From positions 96,001-160,000 of the forward strand of contig CAXXHA010000013.1 in NCBI GenBank assembly GCA_963662265.2: a DNA stretch of 64,000 bases, read 5' to 3'. The notes below the pieces were generated by a model. The model saw nothing but the letters and a program-made list of their open reading frames with translations. It ran no database searches and was not told where the DNA came from. The stretch's first letter is position 1. Every line of letters begins with the position of its first letter. A program made the translations under genes and the position numbers. The stretch is from Spirochaetia bacterium. Its GTDB lineage: Bacteria > Spirochaetota > Spirochaetia > CADAEX01. This document shows, piece by piece, positions 1 to 9,995 of this stretch.

Positions 1-2
1 TG

Positions 3-578
3 TTTATAACTACATATACGATATCAGCTGGTATTTATTCTGAAATATTCAGGGTATTTTCCCTGTCTCTCAGCCTTCTCCCGGTTGTACCTCTTTTCCC
101 TCCCGGTGTTGTTTTCTTTTTTCTCTACCGCAGGCTGTGGAAGGATGCCCGGTTTATCAGAGCTGAGCGGGACATTTTAAACCTGCCGTTAAGATTTTTC
201 CATGAAGAGGATTCTCTTTTGCCGTTCAAGACTGCTGAATTTGCAGATGAAAAAGCATACTGTTTCCGGAAAATCCATGGAACAGAGGCTGCAGAGGAGA
301 TATGCAGGGCAAATAATGTCAGAATAAGGGAAAGTTCAGCCGACAGGTGCAGGGGTGATGTCTATTATTATTTTTACAGGAAAGGCTCTGAAACGAGAGA
401 CTTGCCGGATGGGGATCCAATGCTTGAGAATATTGTTCTCTGCAACAATCCCTGGATAAGCAATAAAAAATGCAATGCTGCTGCAAGAAAAAAAGAATAC
501 CTGTCGATATTTGTCTTCTGTACAGGACTTTTGATTAATTTTATTTTTGCTTTCTTTTTTCTGGGGCTTCTTATTTAA
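3..578 (+). CDS. 5'-truncated hypothetical membrane protein (3' part)
   Basis: The frame of ORF 219..578 is open back to base 3 (FITTYTISAGIYSEIFRVFSLSLSLLPVVPLFPPGVVFFFLYRRLWKDARF...). Hydrophobic segments at both ends; stop TAA at 576-578. Confidence 0.6.
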   Translation, partial: FITTYTISAGIYSEIFRVFSLSLSLLPVVPLFPPGVVFFFLYRRLWKDARFIRAERDILNLPLRFFHEEDSLLPFKTAEFADEKAYCFRKIHGTEAAEEICRANNVRIRESSADRCRGDVYYYFYRKGSETRDLPDGDPMLENIVLCNNPWISNKKCNAAARKKEYLSIFVFCTGLLINFIFAFFFLGLLI

Positions 579-674
579 ATTGCGGATAGTTATTAATTAA
601 AAACTGATTATTTGAATTCCGGATGCACTGAAGAGCCGGAATATTAAAAAATATCTCTTCAGATTTATCAAAAA

Positions 675-1847
675 TCAGCTTCTTTTTCTTCCCCTGCCTG
701 AAGACTTCTGGTTTCTTGTGTTTTTTGCATGATTTATGCTGAATTTTCTTCCTCTGAAATTCCAGTCATTTAGTTTTTCTATCAGAAGTTCAGCAGAATC
801 TGCTGATATCTCTATAAAAGAATAATTATCGAGAATTCTTATCTGTTTTATCTTGTCCCTGTCAATATCAGCTGCGTTTTTTATGATTTTATAAAGCTCT
901 CCGCTGTACAGGCCCTTGTTTTTCCCGGTATTCAGGAAGAGAGTCTTTGTATTTCCGGCAGTATCTCTTCCCCTTGCTGTTCCTCTGCCCTTAGAATTCG
1001 CATACATGTTGAAAAGATATGCTGTGAAGTATTTTCTCAGGAAAAAGGGTACATTCTTTTTAATAATCCTGTTAAGACTGTTCAGTTCAACAGCATCTGC
1101 TTCCTCTTTGATTTCCCTGATTATATTTTCAAATAAAATTTCGTACTTGTCTTTACTGTCAGCTGATTTCATATTGTTTTTTTCCTCTCTGATGCTTTCT
1201 GTTTTTTTCCACTCTTCTTTGTTGATAATAACTGCTTTTTTAATAAGCTGAGACAGAATCTCTATTTTGTGGCTTTCTTCTGTGAATGCAAAAAAACGGG
1301 ATTGTGAAGATATTTTTGAAAAGATGAATTCAAGATCTTTTTCAAAATCTTTATAATCAGTAATATCTGTATCTTCGATTACCGCTGTCTGTAATCCTTC
1401 AAGATTGAGATTATCCCGTCTTATATGGTCAATAAACCGCTCAGCTGTCCCAATTATTATATCCGGCTGTTTCTGAAGAAGCCTGTATTCTTTTTTTACA
1501 TTCTTCTCAGTGCCGATAGTTACTGTCTGCAGGCTTGTCAGTTTTTTCATGAACAGCTTCCTGAACTGGCTGCTTATTGATTTTATGTTCCGTGCTGAAG
1601 ATGCAATAATTATGATTTTCAGCCCGGGATAGGAAAAATCTGTCTGCAGCATTACAGGCAATGCATAACTGAGTGTCTGTCCTGAATGTTTTTCTGACTG
1701 TATAATTAAATTTTTATTCTGGAATGCCGGAGGGACTACTTTTTTCTGCAGCGGTGTTAATTCATTGTAGCCGCATTTTTTAAGTATATTATTTATTTTT
1801 TCCCAGATTTCCGGATCGATTTTTTGTAGCAAAATAATTTCCTGCAA
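675..1847 (-). CDS. Degenerate DEAD-box N-terminal domain fused to a DbpA-type RNA-binding domain
   Basis: Q-motif-like GYNELTPLQ. Walker A altered (SEKHSGQT) and motif II altered (IEDTD). No second RecA domain. C-terminal TLFLNTGKNKG...IRILDNYSFIEI is DbpA-RBD-like, followed by a basic tail. Confidence 0.7.
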   Translation of the reverse strand: MQEIILLQKIDPEIWEKINNILKKCGYNELTPLQKKVVPPAFQNKNLIIQSEKHSGQTLSYALPVMLQTDFSYPGLKIIIIASSARNIKSISSQFRKLFMKKLTSLQTVTIGTEKNVKKEYRLLQKQPDIIIGTAERFIDHIRRDNLNLEGLQTAVIEDTDITDYKDFEKDLEFIFSKISSQSRFFAFTEESHKIEILSQLIKKAVIINKEEWKKTESIREEKNNMKSADSKDKYEILFENIIREIKEEADAVELNSLNRIIKKNVPFFLRKYFTAYLFNMYANSKGRGTARGRDTAGNTKTLFLNTGKNKGLYSGELYKIIKNAADIDRDKIKQIRILDNYSFIEISADSAELLIEKLNDWNFRGRKFSINHAKNTRNQKSSGRGRKRS

Positions 1848-2179
1848 GAATTTTAACTTGTAGTTAACATAGTATCAGTTAAGAAAATTGTCAATGAATT
1901 AAATTTAAATTAAGGAAATCATAAATACTGATATGGGAAAAAAGCTGAAATTATTCAGTCAGAGCTCTGCTCTTTATCCGCTTTTCAGTTATTTCCTGTT
2001 TTCTGCAGGAAATAACGATTAAAAGACAGAATATCCGGAAATACAGCTTCTGAATATGTACTAAACTGTATTTTATATGACTGTATAAAAGGTAAACTGC
2101 CGAAAATTATAACTGTATTCAGATATGTTTTAATTTTCTGAATTATACAAGCTGTAAAAACAATGAAAGGAGTCAAAAA

Positions 2180-3370
2180 ATGAAGAAAAAATTAACCTTG
2201 CTACTGCTTATGATGTTTTGTCTTCAGCCGCTTTTTTCTGAAGTTTTTAAATATAAATATGAAGAGGGAGAACTCTACAGGATAGTATCTGAAGTTAATG
2301 AGGATGTATATCTTAATAATGTACATTCACATTCTGCCGAGGTTCTGAATAAAATTGCTGTCGAGGTGAAAAAGGCTGATAAGGGGAAGGGGCTTATGTA
2401 CGGGCTCTTTCAGACTTCTGAAAAAAGTATCGGAAAGTTCTCCACATATTCTCTTTCAAATGAATATGAATCTCTTTTCTGGCGTGATGCGGCTGGAAAG
2501 TATGAAATAGAAGATAAATATTACATGCCTGTTGTAAGGAATGTTCCTCTCTTCCCTGACAAAGACCTGAAGCCGGGCGATACATGGAGCGGGACAGGGA
2601 CTGAGGTTCATGATTTCAGGAGAGGATTCAATATGAAAGAGCCCTACCGCTTCCCTATAAATGTCTCATACCAGTACCTGGGAAAGGATGAAACAGGTCT
2701 CTATGATCTTATAAGCGTTAAATACAGTGTATTTTACAAGACAGATAAATATTATACATCAAAAATATATCCTGTGCGTGTCTCCGGCCGGTCGGAACAG
2801 CTTATAAAATGGGACAACAGGAATGGAAGGCCTTACAGCTATTTCGAAGAGTTCAGCATGATATTTGACCTTTCAACAGGAGATTATGTCGAATACACAG
2901 GAAGAGCTGAAGCCGAAGTTGTTGATTCCGAGAAGCTGGACAGGGAAAAAGTCAAAAAAGATATTGAAACAGATCTTGAAACATCAGGAATTGACGATGT
3001 ACGGGTTGAAGCTGTTGATGAGGGGGTAAAGCTTGTCCTTGAAGATATACAGTTTCTCCCTGATTCGGCAGTCCTTGTGCCCGGGGAAATAAGAAAAATA
3101 GAAAAAATAGCTGAGATCCTTAAAAACATGCCGGGAAGGGATATCCTGATTACAGGGCATACTGCTCTTGCCGGGACTGAGGAAGGACGAAACCGGCTTT
3201 CTGTTGAACGGGCTGCTGCAGTTGCAGATTACCTTTTTAAACTGGGCGCAAGAAAGGAAAAAGAGGTGATGATTCAGGGCAAGGGGGCCCGGGAACCTGT
3301 TGCAGACAACAGCACTGAAGACGGGATGAAGAGGAACAGGCGTGTTGAGATCACAATACTTGAAAACTAA
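2180..3370 (+). CDS. OmpA-family protein (signal peptide, C-terminal peptidoglycan-binding domain)
   Basis: Signal peptide MKKKLTLLLL...; C-terminal ITGHTA...NRLSVERAAAV...NRRVEI OmpA_C motifs; SD AAGGAG. Confidence 0.9.
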   Translation: MKKKLTLLLLMMFCLQPLFSEVFKYKYEEGELYRIVSEVNEDVYLNNVHSHSAEVLNKIAVEVKKADKGKGLMYGLFQTSEKSIGKFSTYSLSNEYESLFWRDAAGKYEIEDKYYMPVVRNVPLFPDKDLKPGDTWSGTGTEVHDFRRGFNMKEPYRFPINVSYQYLGKDETGLYDLISVKYSVFYKTDKYYTSKIYPVRVSGRSEQLIKWDNRNGRPYSYFEEFSMIFDLSTGDYVEYTGRAEAEVVDSEKLDREKVKKDIETDLETSGIDDVRVEAVDEGVKLVLEDIQFLPDSAVLVPGEIRKIEKIAEILKNMPGRDILITGHTALAGTEEGRNRLSVERAAAVADYLFKLGARKEKEVMIQGKGAREPVADNSTEDGMKRNRRVEITILEN

Positions 3371-3372
3371 TT

Positions 3373-4554
3373 ATGAACAGACGATATAATAATTTTAAGA
3401 AGATAATTGCAGGGATAAAAAGCGCCGGATATATAAAGGGACTTATAGTTGTGGTTTCAGTCTTTTTTATTTCCGTGTTTTTGATTTTTATTTTTGAAAA
3501 TGGAAGAAACAGGGAATTTAATACTCTTGCAGACAGTTTCTGGTGGGCTATAGTGACTTTCAGTACAACCGGTTATGGAGACAAAATACCTGTAACACCG
3601 AATGGGCGGCTGCTTACCGTATTTACTATTTTATTCGGATTTTCATCAATGAGTTTTCTTTCAGGTATATTTGCATCAGTTTTTGTAGACAGAAAAAACA
3701 GAACCAGGAGAGGATTAATGGATTTTTCAAGGAAAAAGGATCATATTATTATTTGCGGCTGGAAAGACAGGATGGAGAATATTCTTGAGGATATTATAAA
3801 AATGGGATCAGGCGTCTCTCCATCCAGGCTTGTCCTGATATCCAATATCCCTTCTGACAGGGCAGCTGCTCTAAGAGAGATCGAATCTCTGAAAGGTCTC
3901 ATGTTTGTAAAAGGTGATTATTTTTCTGAAGCAGCCCTTAAACGGGCAAATCTTAAAAAGGCTAAAAAAGTCATAGTACTGGCAGATACCTATGAAAACA
4001 AGACCGAGACAGAGACAGATTCAAAAACTGTAATGACTGTATTTACAATAAAAAGTCTTGCAAAAGATGTTTATATCTGTGCAGAGTTGCTGGATCTTAA
4101 ATATGAAAATTATCTCAGGCATGCAAAATGTGATGAAATAATTTTCCCGAATGAATTTAACCGGAAGATTCTTGCCAGTGCAACTGTTGTAAACGGTATG
4201 TCCAATATAATTTTTGAAATGCTTTCTAATTCAAACAGCAGTACCAGGCTTCTTACAGAAAAAATCCCTGATAAGTATGTCGGGCAGAAATACCGTGATT
4301 TCAGGTATTCATTTGATGCCAGAGGCAACAGAGTGCTTATCGGAGTTCTTGAAAACACAGGATCGCCGTATAATCTTAAAATTGAGGCACTCCGGGAGGC
4401 TCAGAAAACTTCAGATGTATCCATGCTTGTTGAAAATTTCAAGAGCGTTAAAGATCTTAAAGTAAACAGCCCTATGTTTGTCCCTGGCGATGAATACCTT
4501 ATTTGTGCCCATTCAATGGCTATTATTCTTGAAAACAAAAGGAATTCAGCATGA
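3373..4554 (+). CDS. 2-TM potassium channel with RCK/TrkA-N gating domain
   Basis: Pore helix and filter FWWAIVTFSTTGYGD flanked by TM helices; Rossmann-like HIIICGW; VKGD...ALKRANL RCK motifs. Confidence 0.9.
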   Translation: MNRRYNNFKKIIAGIKSAGYIKGLIVVVSVFFISVFLIFIFENGRNREFNTLADSFWWAIVTFSTTGYGDKIPVTPNGRLLTVFTILFGFSSMSFLSGIFASVFVDRKNRTRRGLMDFSRKKDHIIICGWKDRMENILEDIIKMGSGVSPSRLVLISNIPSDRAAALREIESLKGLMFVKGDYFSEAALKRANLKKAKKVIVLADTYENKTETETDSKTVMTVFTIKSLAKDVYICAELLDLKYENYLRHAKCDEIIFPNEFNRKILASATVVNGMSNIIFEMLSNSNSSTRLLTEKIPDKYVGQKYRDFRYSFDARGNRVLIGVLENTGSPYNLKIEALREAQKTSDVSMLVENFKSVKDLKVNSPMFVPGDEYLICAHSMAIILENKRNSA

Positions 4555-5054
4555 ACAAGGCATCTGAAGATTATATAAATGATAAAATCAGGAATAATCC
4601 TGTATTTGAGCAGGTGCCGCATGATAATCTGTTCCTGGCAGAGTTGTGCGGTAAATTCAGTGTTAAAAAATTCAAATCAGGTTCAGTTATAGCTGAAGAG
4701 GGCAGATCTTCCTCTGCTCTTTATATTCTTGTTTCCGGTGAGGCTGAAATAATAAAGAAAACTCCTGCAGGAGATACATATAATACGGGATTATTTACTG
4801 AAAAGGATAATTTCTCGTTCGGTGAATTTTCCCTGATAAGGGATGATTTCAATGAATTCACAGTAAGATCTGAAACAGATACTGAATGGGCTGTCCTGCC
4901 TGGTGAAAAATTCCGCGCCTACTCCGATTTGAATCCTGAAGCTGGTTTCCCTGTTGTTTTCAGGGTCGCAGAAATGCTCTCTGATGAGGTTAACAAGGTC
5001 AGAAGAGACATGATGACGCTGTATGAAGCTCTTGTTCATGAAATTAAATCATAA
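4551..5054 (+). CDS. Stand-alone cyclic-nucleotide-binding-fold protein
   Basis: VIAEEG...LYILVSGEAEI...FSFGEFSL cNMP beta-roll; no HTH; ATGA overlap with the channel stop codon. Confidence 0.8.
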   Translation: MNKASEDYINDKIRNNPVFEQVPHDNLFLAELCGKFSVKKFKSGSVIAEEGRSSSALYILVSGEAEIIKKTPAGDTYNTGLFTEKDNFSFGEFSLIRDDFNEFTVRSETDTEWAVLPGEKFRAYSDLNPEAGFPVVFRVAEMLSDEVNKVRRDMMTLYEALVHEIKS

Positions 5055-5109
5055 AATCCTTTACTTTCGCTTCCCTGAAAAACTATATTTAATGTAAAGG
5101 GAGATTAAA

Positions 5110-7074
5110 GTGCCGTTAGACAGAGAAGAAAACAAAACAGGTGAACGTAAGTCGGAAGCAAAAGACAATAAACAGTCCGGAAAATGGGGCTGGGGAAGCG
5201 ACAGCAATGATTCCGGACCCGGAAAAATACCTCCGATATTTCCTCCTCACATAAACAAGGGGCAGTTTCATTTTTCTATATGGTATTTTGTGGCTGCGAT
5301 GCTTCTTGTTATGATACTTAATTCATATGTAAAGGACCAGATCCAGGAAAAAATTCCCTACAGCATATTCAAGCAGAAAATTGAAGATGGCGAGATTACA
5401 GTAATCCAGATGAAACCTGATTATTATTACGGTGTTTCAGGTGAATTTACAGGGGATTCTACAATCACCTCTCAAGAAGTTGTTTACAAGACAGTTCCTG
5501 TTGAGGATCCCGGCTTTATTGAACTTCTGGACAAAATGAATGTCAAATATGGGGCTATCAAGGAACAGAATACATATATCATAGATCTCCTGTTCGGCTG
5601 GCTGCTCCCGTTTGCAGTTCTAATGTATATCTGGAGAATAATGTTCAAGAAAATAGGAGATCCCGGTGCAGGGGTTATGAGGTTCGGGAAGAACAAGGCC
5701 CAGATCGTTGCAGAGGGAGATACCGGGATTACATTTGATGATGTAGCAGGTGTTGATGAATCCAAGGAAGAACTTGAAGAAGTTGTTGATTTTCTTAAAA
5801 ACTCGGGAAAATACCTTGATATAGGGGGAAAGATTCCCAAGGGTGTCCTTCTCGTCGGACCTCCGGGAACAGGAAAAACACTGCTTGCAAGAGCTGTTGC
5901 CGGAACTGCTGAAGTTCCTTTCTTCAGGATGAGCGGCGCGGACTTCGTTGAAATGTTTGTAGGTGTCGGCGCCGCAAGGGTAAGGGACCTTTTCAAGCAG
6001 GCGCGGGAAAAAGCGCCATGTATTGTGTTTATTGATGAGCTTGATGCGATAGGTAAGAGCCGTCTGGCTGTTGCAGGGGGCAATGATGAACGGGAACAGA
6101 CCCTTAATCAGCTGCTTGTGGAAATGGATGGTTTTGATTCAACTACCGGTGTAATAATTCTTGCAGCGACAAACAGGCCTGAAGTCCTTGATCCCGCACT
6201 GCTCAGGGCAGGCCGGTTTGACAGGCAGGTTGTTGTTGACAAGCCTGATCTGATAGGCAGGGAGGCAATTCTCAAGCTGCATGCAAGAAATGTGAAGATG
6301 GATGCGACTGTTAATTTCGGTGAAATTGCCAAAGCTACATCAGGATTTTCCGGGGCTGATCTTGCAAATATTATCAATGAAGCAGCACTTCTCGCTGTAC
6401 GCGATAAACGCAAGAAAATAAACCAGGAAGATCTTCACGAGGCAATTGAGAAAAATGTTGCAGGTCTTAAGAAAAAGAACCGTGTAATGAACAAGCATGA
6501 AAGGCAGGTTGTCGCATACCATGAAACAGGACATGCGCTTGCTGCCGCTTTCACCGAAGGTGCGGATCCTGTTCAGAAGATTACAATAGTCCCGAGGGGA
6601 ATAGGTGCGCTTGGGTATACTCTGCAGACACCTGCGGAAGACCGTTTTCTTCTTACAAAAGAGGAGCTTCTGGGAAAGATTGATGTCCTCCTTGGCGGGA
6701 GAGCTGCTGAAAAGATAATTTTCGGGGCAGTTTCAACAGGCGCTGCAAATGACCTTACCAGGGCGACTGATATTGCCAGGAAAATGATTACAGATTACGG
6801 TATGAGCGAAAAGTTTGAAAATGTTGTCCTTACAAAACGGGGAAGCGCATTTCTTGGTGAGCAGGCTGCTCCGCAGATGGCTAAGGAATATTCAGAGCAG
6901 ACTCAGCAGTATATTGACAGCGAGATTACTGAAATAATAAATTCCCGGTATAAGCATGTTATTGATATGCTGTCAGCGAAAAAGGAGCTTATTGAGAAAA
7001 TAGCGCTCAGGCTGCTTGATGTTGAAACAGTAGCTGCGCTTGAATTTAACAGCTATGTGGATCAATACAGGTAA
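5110..7074 (+). CDS. ftsH: ATP-dependent zinc metalloprotease FtsH
   Basis: Two TM helices, [41 protein letters not shown] zinc motif; GTG start with SD. Confidence 0.97.
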   Translation: MPLDREENKTGERKSEAKDNKQSGKWGWGSDSNDSGPGKIPPIFPPHINKGQFHFSIWYFVAAMLLVMILNSYVKDQIQEKIPYSIFKQKIEDGEITVIQMKPDYYYGVSGEFTGDSTITSQEVVYKTVPVEDPGFIELLDKMNVKYGAIKEQNTYIIDLLFGWLLPFAVLMYIWRIMFKKIGDPGAGVMRFGKNKAQIVAEGDTGITFDDVAGVDESKEELEEVVDFLKNSGKYLDIGGKIPKGVLLVGPPGTGKTLLARAVAGTAEVPFFRMSGADFVEMFVGVGAARVRDLFKQAREKAPCIVFIDELDAIGKSRLAVAGGNDEREQTLNQLLVEMDGFDSTTGVIILAATNRPEVLDPALLRAGRFDRQVVVDKPDLIGREAILKLHARNVKMDATVNFGEIAKATSGFSGADLANIINEAALLAVRDKRKKINQEDLHEAIEKNVAGLKKKNRVMNKHERQVVAYHETGHALAAAFTEGADPVQKITIVPRGIGALGYTLQTPAEDRFLLTKEELLGKIDVLLGGRAAEKIIFGAVSTGAANDLTRATDIARKMITDYGMSEKFENVVLTKRGSAFLGEQAAPQMAKEYSEQTQQYIDSEITEIINSRYKHVIDMLSAKKELIEKIALRLLDVETVAALEFNSYVDQYR

Positions 7075-7087
7075 ATGATTGAAAAGA

Positions 7088-7128
7088 TCAGGGCCGGAAG
7101 ATGAGACCTTTTAATCCCGGCCCTGAGA
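7088..7128. terminator. Hairpin between convergent ftsH and HAD genes (probable terminator)
   Basis: Inverted repeat TCAGGGCCGG ... CCGGCCCTGA. Confidence 0.5.
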
Positions 7129-7255
7129 TGTTTGTTATGATAAAAATATTTATAATTCAGTAATTTATTGACAGTGTTAAAACAGCTGCCGTGAATAACC
7201 GGTTTTTTCCTGGATAGCTGGTTTTCCCCGGAATAATAAATTTATTAGACTTAAA

Positions 7256-7909
7256 TCAAATAGTTTTCAGATTGTCTATCCCTATGCTGTCAAAGCTGTC
7301 TATTATGATGTCTGCTGCTGAGAGATCCTGGCTGCCGGAAGCAGGGTTTCTGAATCCTATGCACTTCATCCCTGCAGCCTTTGCAGCTGTCACGCCGTTG
7401 AGGGAGTCTTCGATTACCACGCATTCCTCTGTCCCCGTGCCGAGTATCTCAGCTGTTTTAATAAAAATATCGGGAGAGGGCTTTCCATGCTCCATATCAA
7501 CCCCGCTGACAATCACAGGGAAATATTCAGAAAGACCGGTTTTTTCAAGCACTGTTGAAATAAGCCTGCTGTGTGAGGATGAAGCAACCGCTGTTTTCAG
7601 TCCTCCGTCCCTCACATTCCTGATAAGCTCTCTGACACCTTCTATAGGTTCGAGTTTTTCAAGAGATGCAAAATAGGATACGCGGGCTTCTGTATCTTTT
7701 TCAGCAAGAGAATCAATGCTGTCTTTCAATCCATGGCTTTTCTTCAGCCTTCCCCACATTTTATCCAGGGCAAGCCCTACAAAACTTTCCAACTCTTCAT
7801 CAGTAATACTTATCCCTAATTCTCTAAGGAGTTGTTTTTCAACTTCAAAATGATAGGGTTCTGAATTAACCAGAACCCCGTCCATATCAAATATAACTGC
7901 CTTAATCAT
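7256..7909 (-). CDS. HAD-superfamily phosphatase, subfamily IA (beta-PGM/CbbY-like)
   Basis: FDMDGVL motif I, ASSS motif II, GKPSPDIF, IEDS. Confidence 0.92.
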   Translation of the reverse strand: MIKAVIFDMDGVLVNSEPYHFEVEKQLLRELGISITDEELESFVGLALDKMWGRLKKSHGLKDSIDSLAEKDTEARVSYFASLEKLEPIEGVRELIRNVRDGGLKTAVASSSHSRLISTVLEKTGLSEYFPVIVSGVDMEHGKPSPDIFIKTAEILGTGTEECVVIEDSLNGVTAAKAAGMKCIGFRNPASGSQDLSAADIIIDSFDSIGIDNLKTI

Positions 7910-7912
7910 CTT

Positions 7913-9505
7913 CTATTTCCAGATTTCCCTGTATGTGTGAGGTTTCTCACAGTATTTACATACAAGTTTATCGCTCCCCATTCTTGTAAATACCGCAGCG
8001 ATACCCTCTCCATGGGACTCGTGACTTATACAGTCCTTGTTTTTGCATCCTATATTCGGGAAGTTGTAAATCCTGGGAGGCATCTCAAGCCTCAGTTTTT
8101 TTATCACTTTCCTCTCCTCAATCACATTGAGCGTGCATCCCGGGGCAAGAGCGGCAAGCTGCTTCTTTTTCTTTGTGCCGGGTTCCTTTTCACCCGGTCT
8201 GAATACAATGCCTTTCATTTTGCTTGTATCAGTCCTTGAGTAGCAGAGCCATTCACCCCCCTTGCCGTAGAGTTCGAGAACCTTGATTATTCTTGAAAGC
8301 TGTTCCCTTATTTCCTGTTCATTTTCCCCTTTGCAGATATGGTCAATTACTATTCCGTTTGATATGGGTTTTATCCCTTCCGCATATTCCTTTATAGTAC
8401 TTTTCTCAGTTATCTCGAGAGGTATGATAAAATCATCATTAAACGGCAGATCAGTCACCGGAGCCCTGCTTTCTGATGGTTTGAAATCATCCCCGATTAT
8501 TCCGGCAGTAAGTCCTAGAAGTATTATTCTTATAATACGTCCGTTTATTGACTGCTGTTCCCACCCGTTAAGAGATGTTTTGTCAAGGTAGGTAGGTATT
8601 GTTGGATGATGCTTGTGCCTGGGGAGCGGATGGTAGAAGAGTGTTCCCTCAGGAATCTTTTCAATAAATTCCTTTTTAAAGGTTATTTTTCCCCTAAGTT
8701 CATCCTGTCTTTTAAGTATTTCATCACCCATTCTTTCAAGCTGGGGTCTTGTGAAGTACCAGACAGGAGCTATGCTGTTTTTTTCTATATATTCCTCGAT
8801 TGAATCGAATATTGTAACCTCATATCCGTTATCCTTCATCTTGTCGATATAGTAATCCGGCATCATCAGTTCAGGAGGCGCAATCAGGTCTGCCTTTACT
8901 TTTTTGAATATTTTGAGCCCTTCAACTTTTGAATGGACTGTTCTTCCGTGGAAAAGGTCTCCTACAAGCGCTATGTGAAGTGAATCCCTGTTCCAGTTGT
9001 TGTGTTCCAGAAATGTGAAATCATCAAGAAGCTCCTGGGTAGGGTGTTCATGCTTGCCGTCTCCCGCATTGATAAATGCAGGCGGAACTGCAAGGTCGTT
9101 TCTTTCGGCAAACTTTTTCCCGTTTTCCTCAAGCCATCTGCAGAGCCCTTCATGCTTGCTTCTTACTATATAAACAGAATTGTCATATCCGCATAGAGTA
9201 TTAAATGTATCAGCAAAACTTTCACTCTTGTTTATTGAAGAACTTCCGGTGTCCAGGTTACTCAGCTTTACTCTGTGGAATTCCGCCGCATTTTTAAATG
9301 ATTCTTTTGTTCTTGTTGAATCTTCGATAAATACTTCATATACACCGAAATCGCTGTCATTGATTCTGAATTTTTCAAGTCCTTCCTTGTCATTTTCCTT
9401 AAGCAGTTTTTTCAGTTCTTTTCCCTTTTCAAAAAGGTACAGTCTTTCTTCAATACTTAGGTCGTTGATTACTGCCAGTGTTCTTCCTGTAAACAGGTTT
9501 CCCAT
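7913..9505 (-). CDS. pyrBI: Bifunctional aspartate carbamoyltransferase, fused catalytic and regulatory chains
   Basis: EDSTRTKESF carbamoyl-phosphate loop, GDGKHEHPTQ, YHPLPR. C-terminal PyrI part (NGIVIDHI; CKNKDC...CKYC Zn site). Confidence 0.93.
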   Translation of the reverse strand: MGNLFTGRTLAVINDLSIEERLYLFEKGKELKKLLKENDKEGLEKFRINDSDFGVYEVFIEDSTRTKESFKNAAEFHRVKLSNLDTGSSSINKSESFADTFNTLCGYDNSVYIVRSKHEGLCRWLEENGKKFAERNDLAVPPAFINAGDGKHEHPTQELLDDFTFLEHNNWNRDSLHIALVGDLFHGRTVHSKVEGLKIFKKVKADLIAPPELMMPDYYIDKMKDNGYEVTIFDSIEEYIEKNSIAPVWYFTRPQLERMGDEILKRQDELRGKITFKKEFIEKIPEGTLFYHPLPRHKHHPTIPTYLDKTSLNGWEQQSINGRIIRIILLGLTAGIIGDDFKPSESRAPVTDLPFNDDFIIPLEITEKSTIKEYAEGIKPISNGIVIDHICKGENEQEIREQLSRIIKVLELYGKGGEWLCYSRTDTSKMKGIVFRPGEKEPGTKKKKQLAALAPGCTLNVIEERKVIKKLRLEMPPRIYNFPNIGCKNKDCISHESHGEGIAAVFTRMGSDKLVCKYCEKPHTYREIWK

Positions 9506-9533
9506 TTTATACTCCTGATAATTTTATTCGCAG

Positions 9534-9650
9534 GGCGGGTTTAAAACCCCGCAGCTTGCTGCGTATTTTTGATATTTCACTGTATGGATGGATAGTTCAT
9601 TGTGCCGGAAGGGTATTACCCCTGTTACAGCCGGGGGTATTAGACCCGCC
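9534..9650. repeat. REP-like / HUH-element-like palindromic element
   Basis: 17-nt inverted repeat GGCGGGTTTAAAACCCC (9534-9550) versus GGGGTATTAGACCCGCC (9634-9650), 15/17 complementary. Internal hairpin CGCAGCTTGCTGCG. GC-rich within an AT-rich spacer. Confidence 0.5.
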
Positions 9651-9903
9651 ATACAATCAATACCGTAAAGACCAACATACCCGCTGCCTGTAAAAATCCA
9701 GTATCCACCGGAACTGGTGACAAGGGGGTTGTTGATTCTGCCGGATTCGAGTTTGATTCATGCTGCCTGATATTCACTGATTATTTTTAATCAGAAGAAA
9801 TTTTAAAGTTCTTTATCCCTGATCAATGTTTTTAAACTGTCTTTTTCAGCTGTTCATGGAATAAGCTGCAGACTCTTTATCCGTTTAAAGTGACTGAAAG
9901 AGC

Positions 9904-9934
9904 AAAAAAAATGCCGGCAATTAATGCCGACATT
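9904..9934 (-). terminator. Intrinsic terminator / candidate attenuator upstream of pyrBI
   Basis: Minus strand AATGTCGGCA-TTAAT-TGCCGGCATT followed by a T run (8 T in total). Confidence 0.7.
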
Positions 9935-9995
9935 ATTTTATGTAAATAACTAAAAAATATCTGTGTTTTCCTTTAATTTCTGCTCTTCTAATCAT
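9933..9995 (-). CDS. Candidate pyrBI leader peptide (20 aa, MIRRAEIKGKHRYFLVIYIK)
   Basis: Hand-translated short ORF just downstream of a TTGCTT-17-TAATAT promoter-like sequence; its stop codon overlaps the terminator's upstream arm. Confidence 0.35.
   Translation of the reverse strand: MIRRAEIKGKHRYFLVIYIK

Noticed and set aside
5484-6413. Long antisense ORFs within ftsH (similar ones occur in htpG, thiL and others)
   Set aside because: Fully nested opposite well-conserved genes; explained by codon bias.
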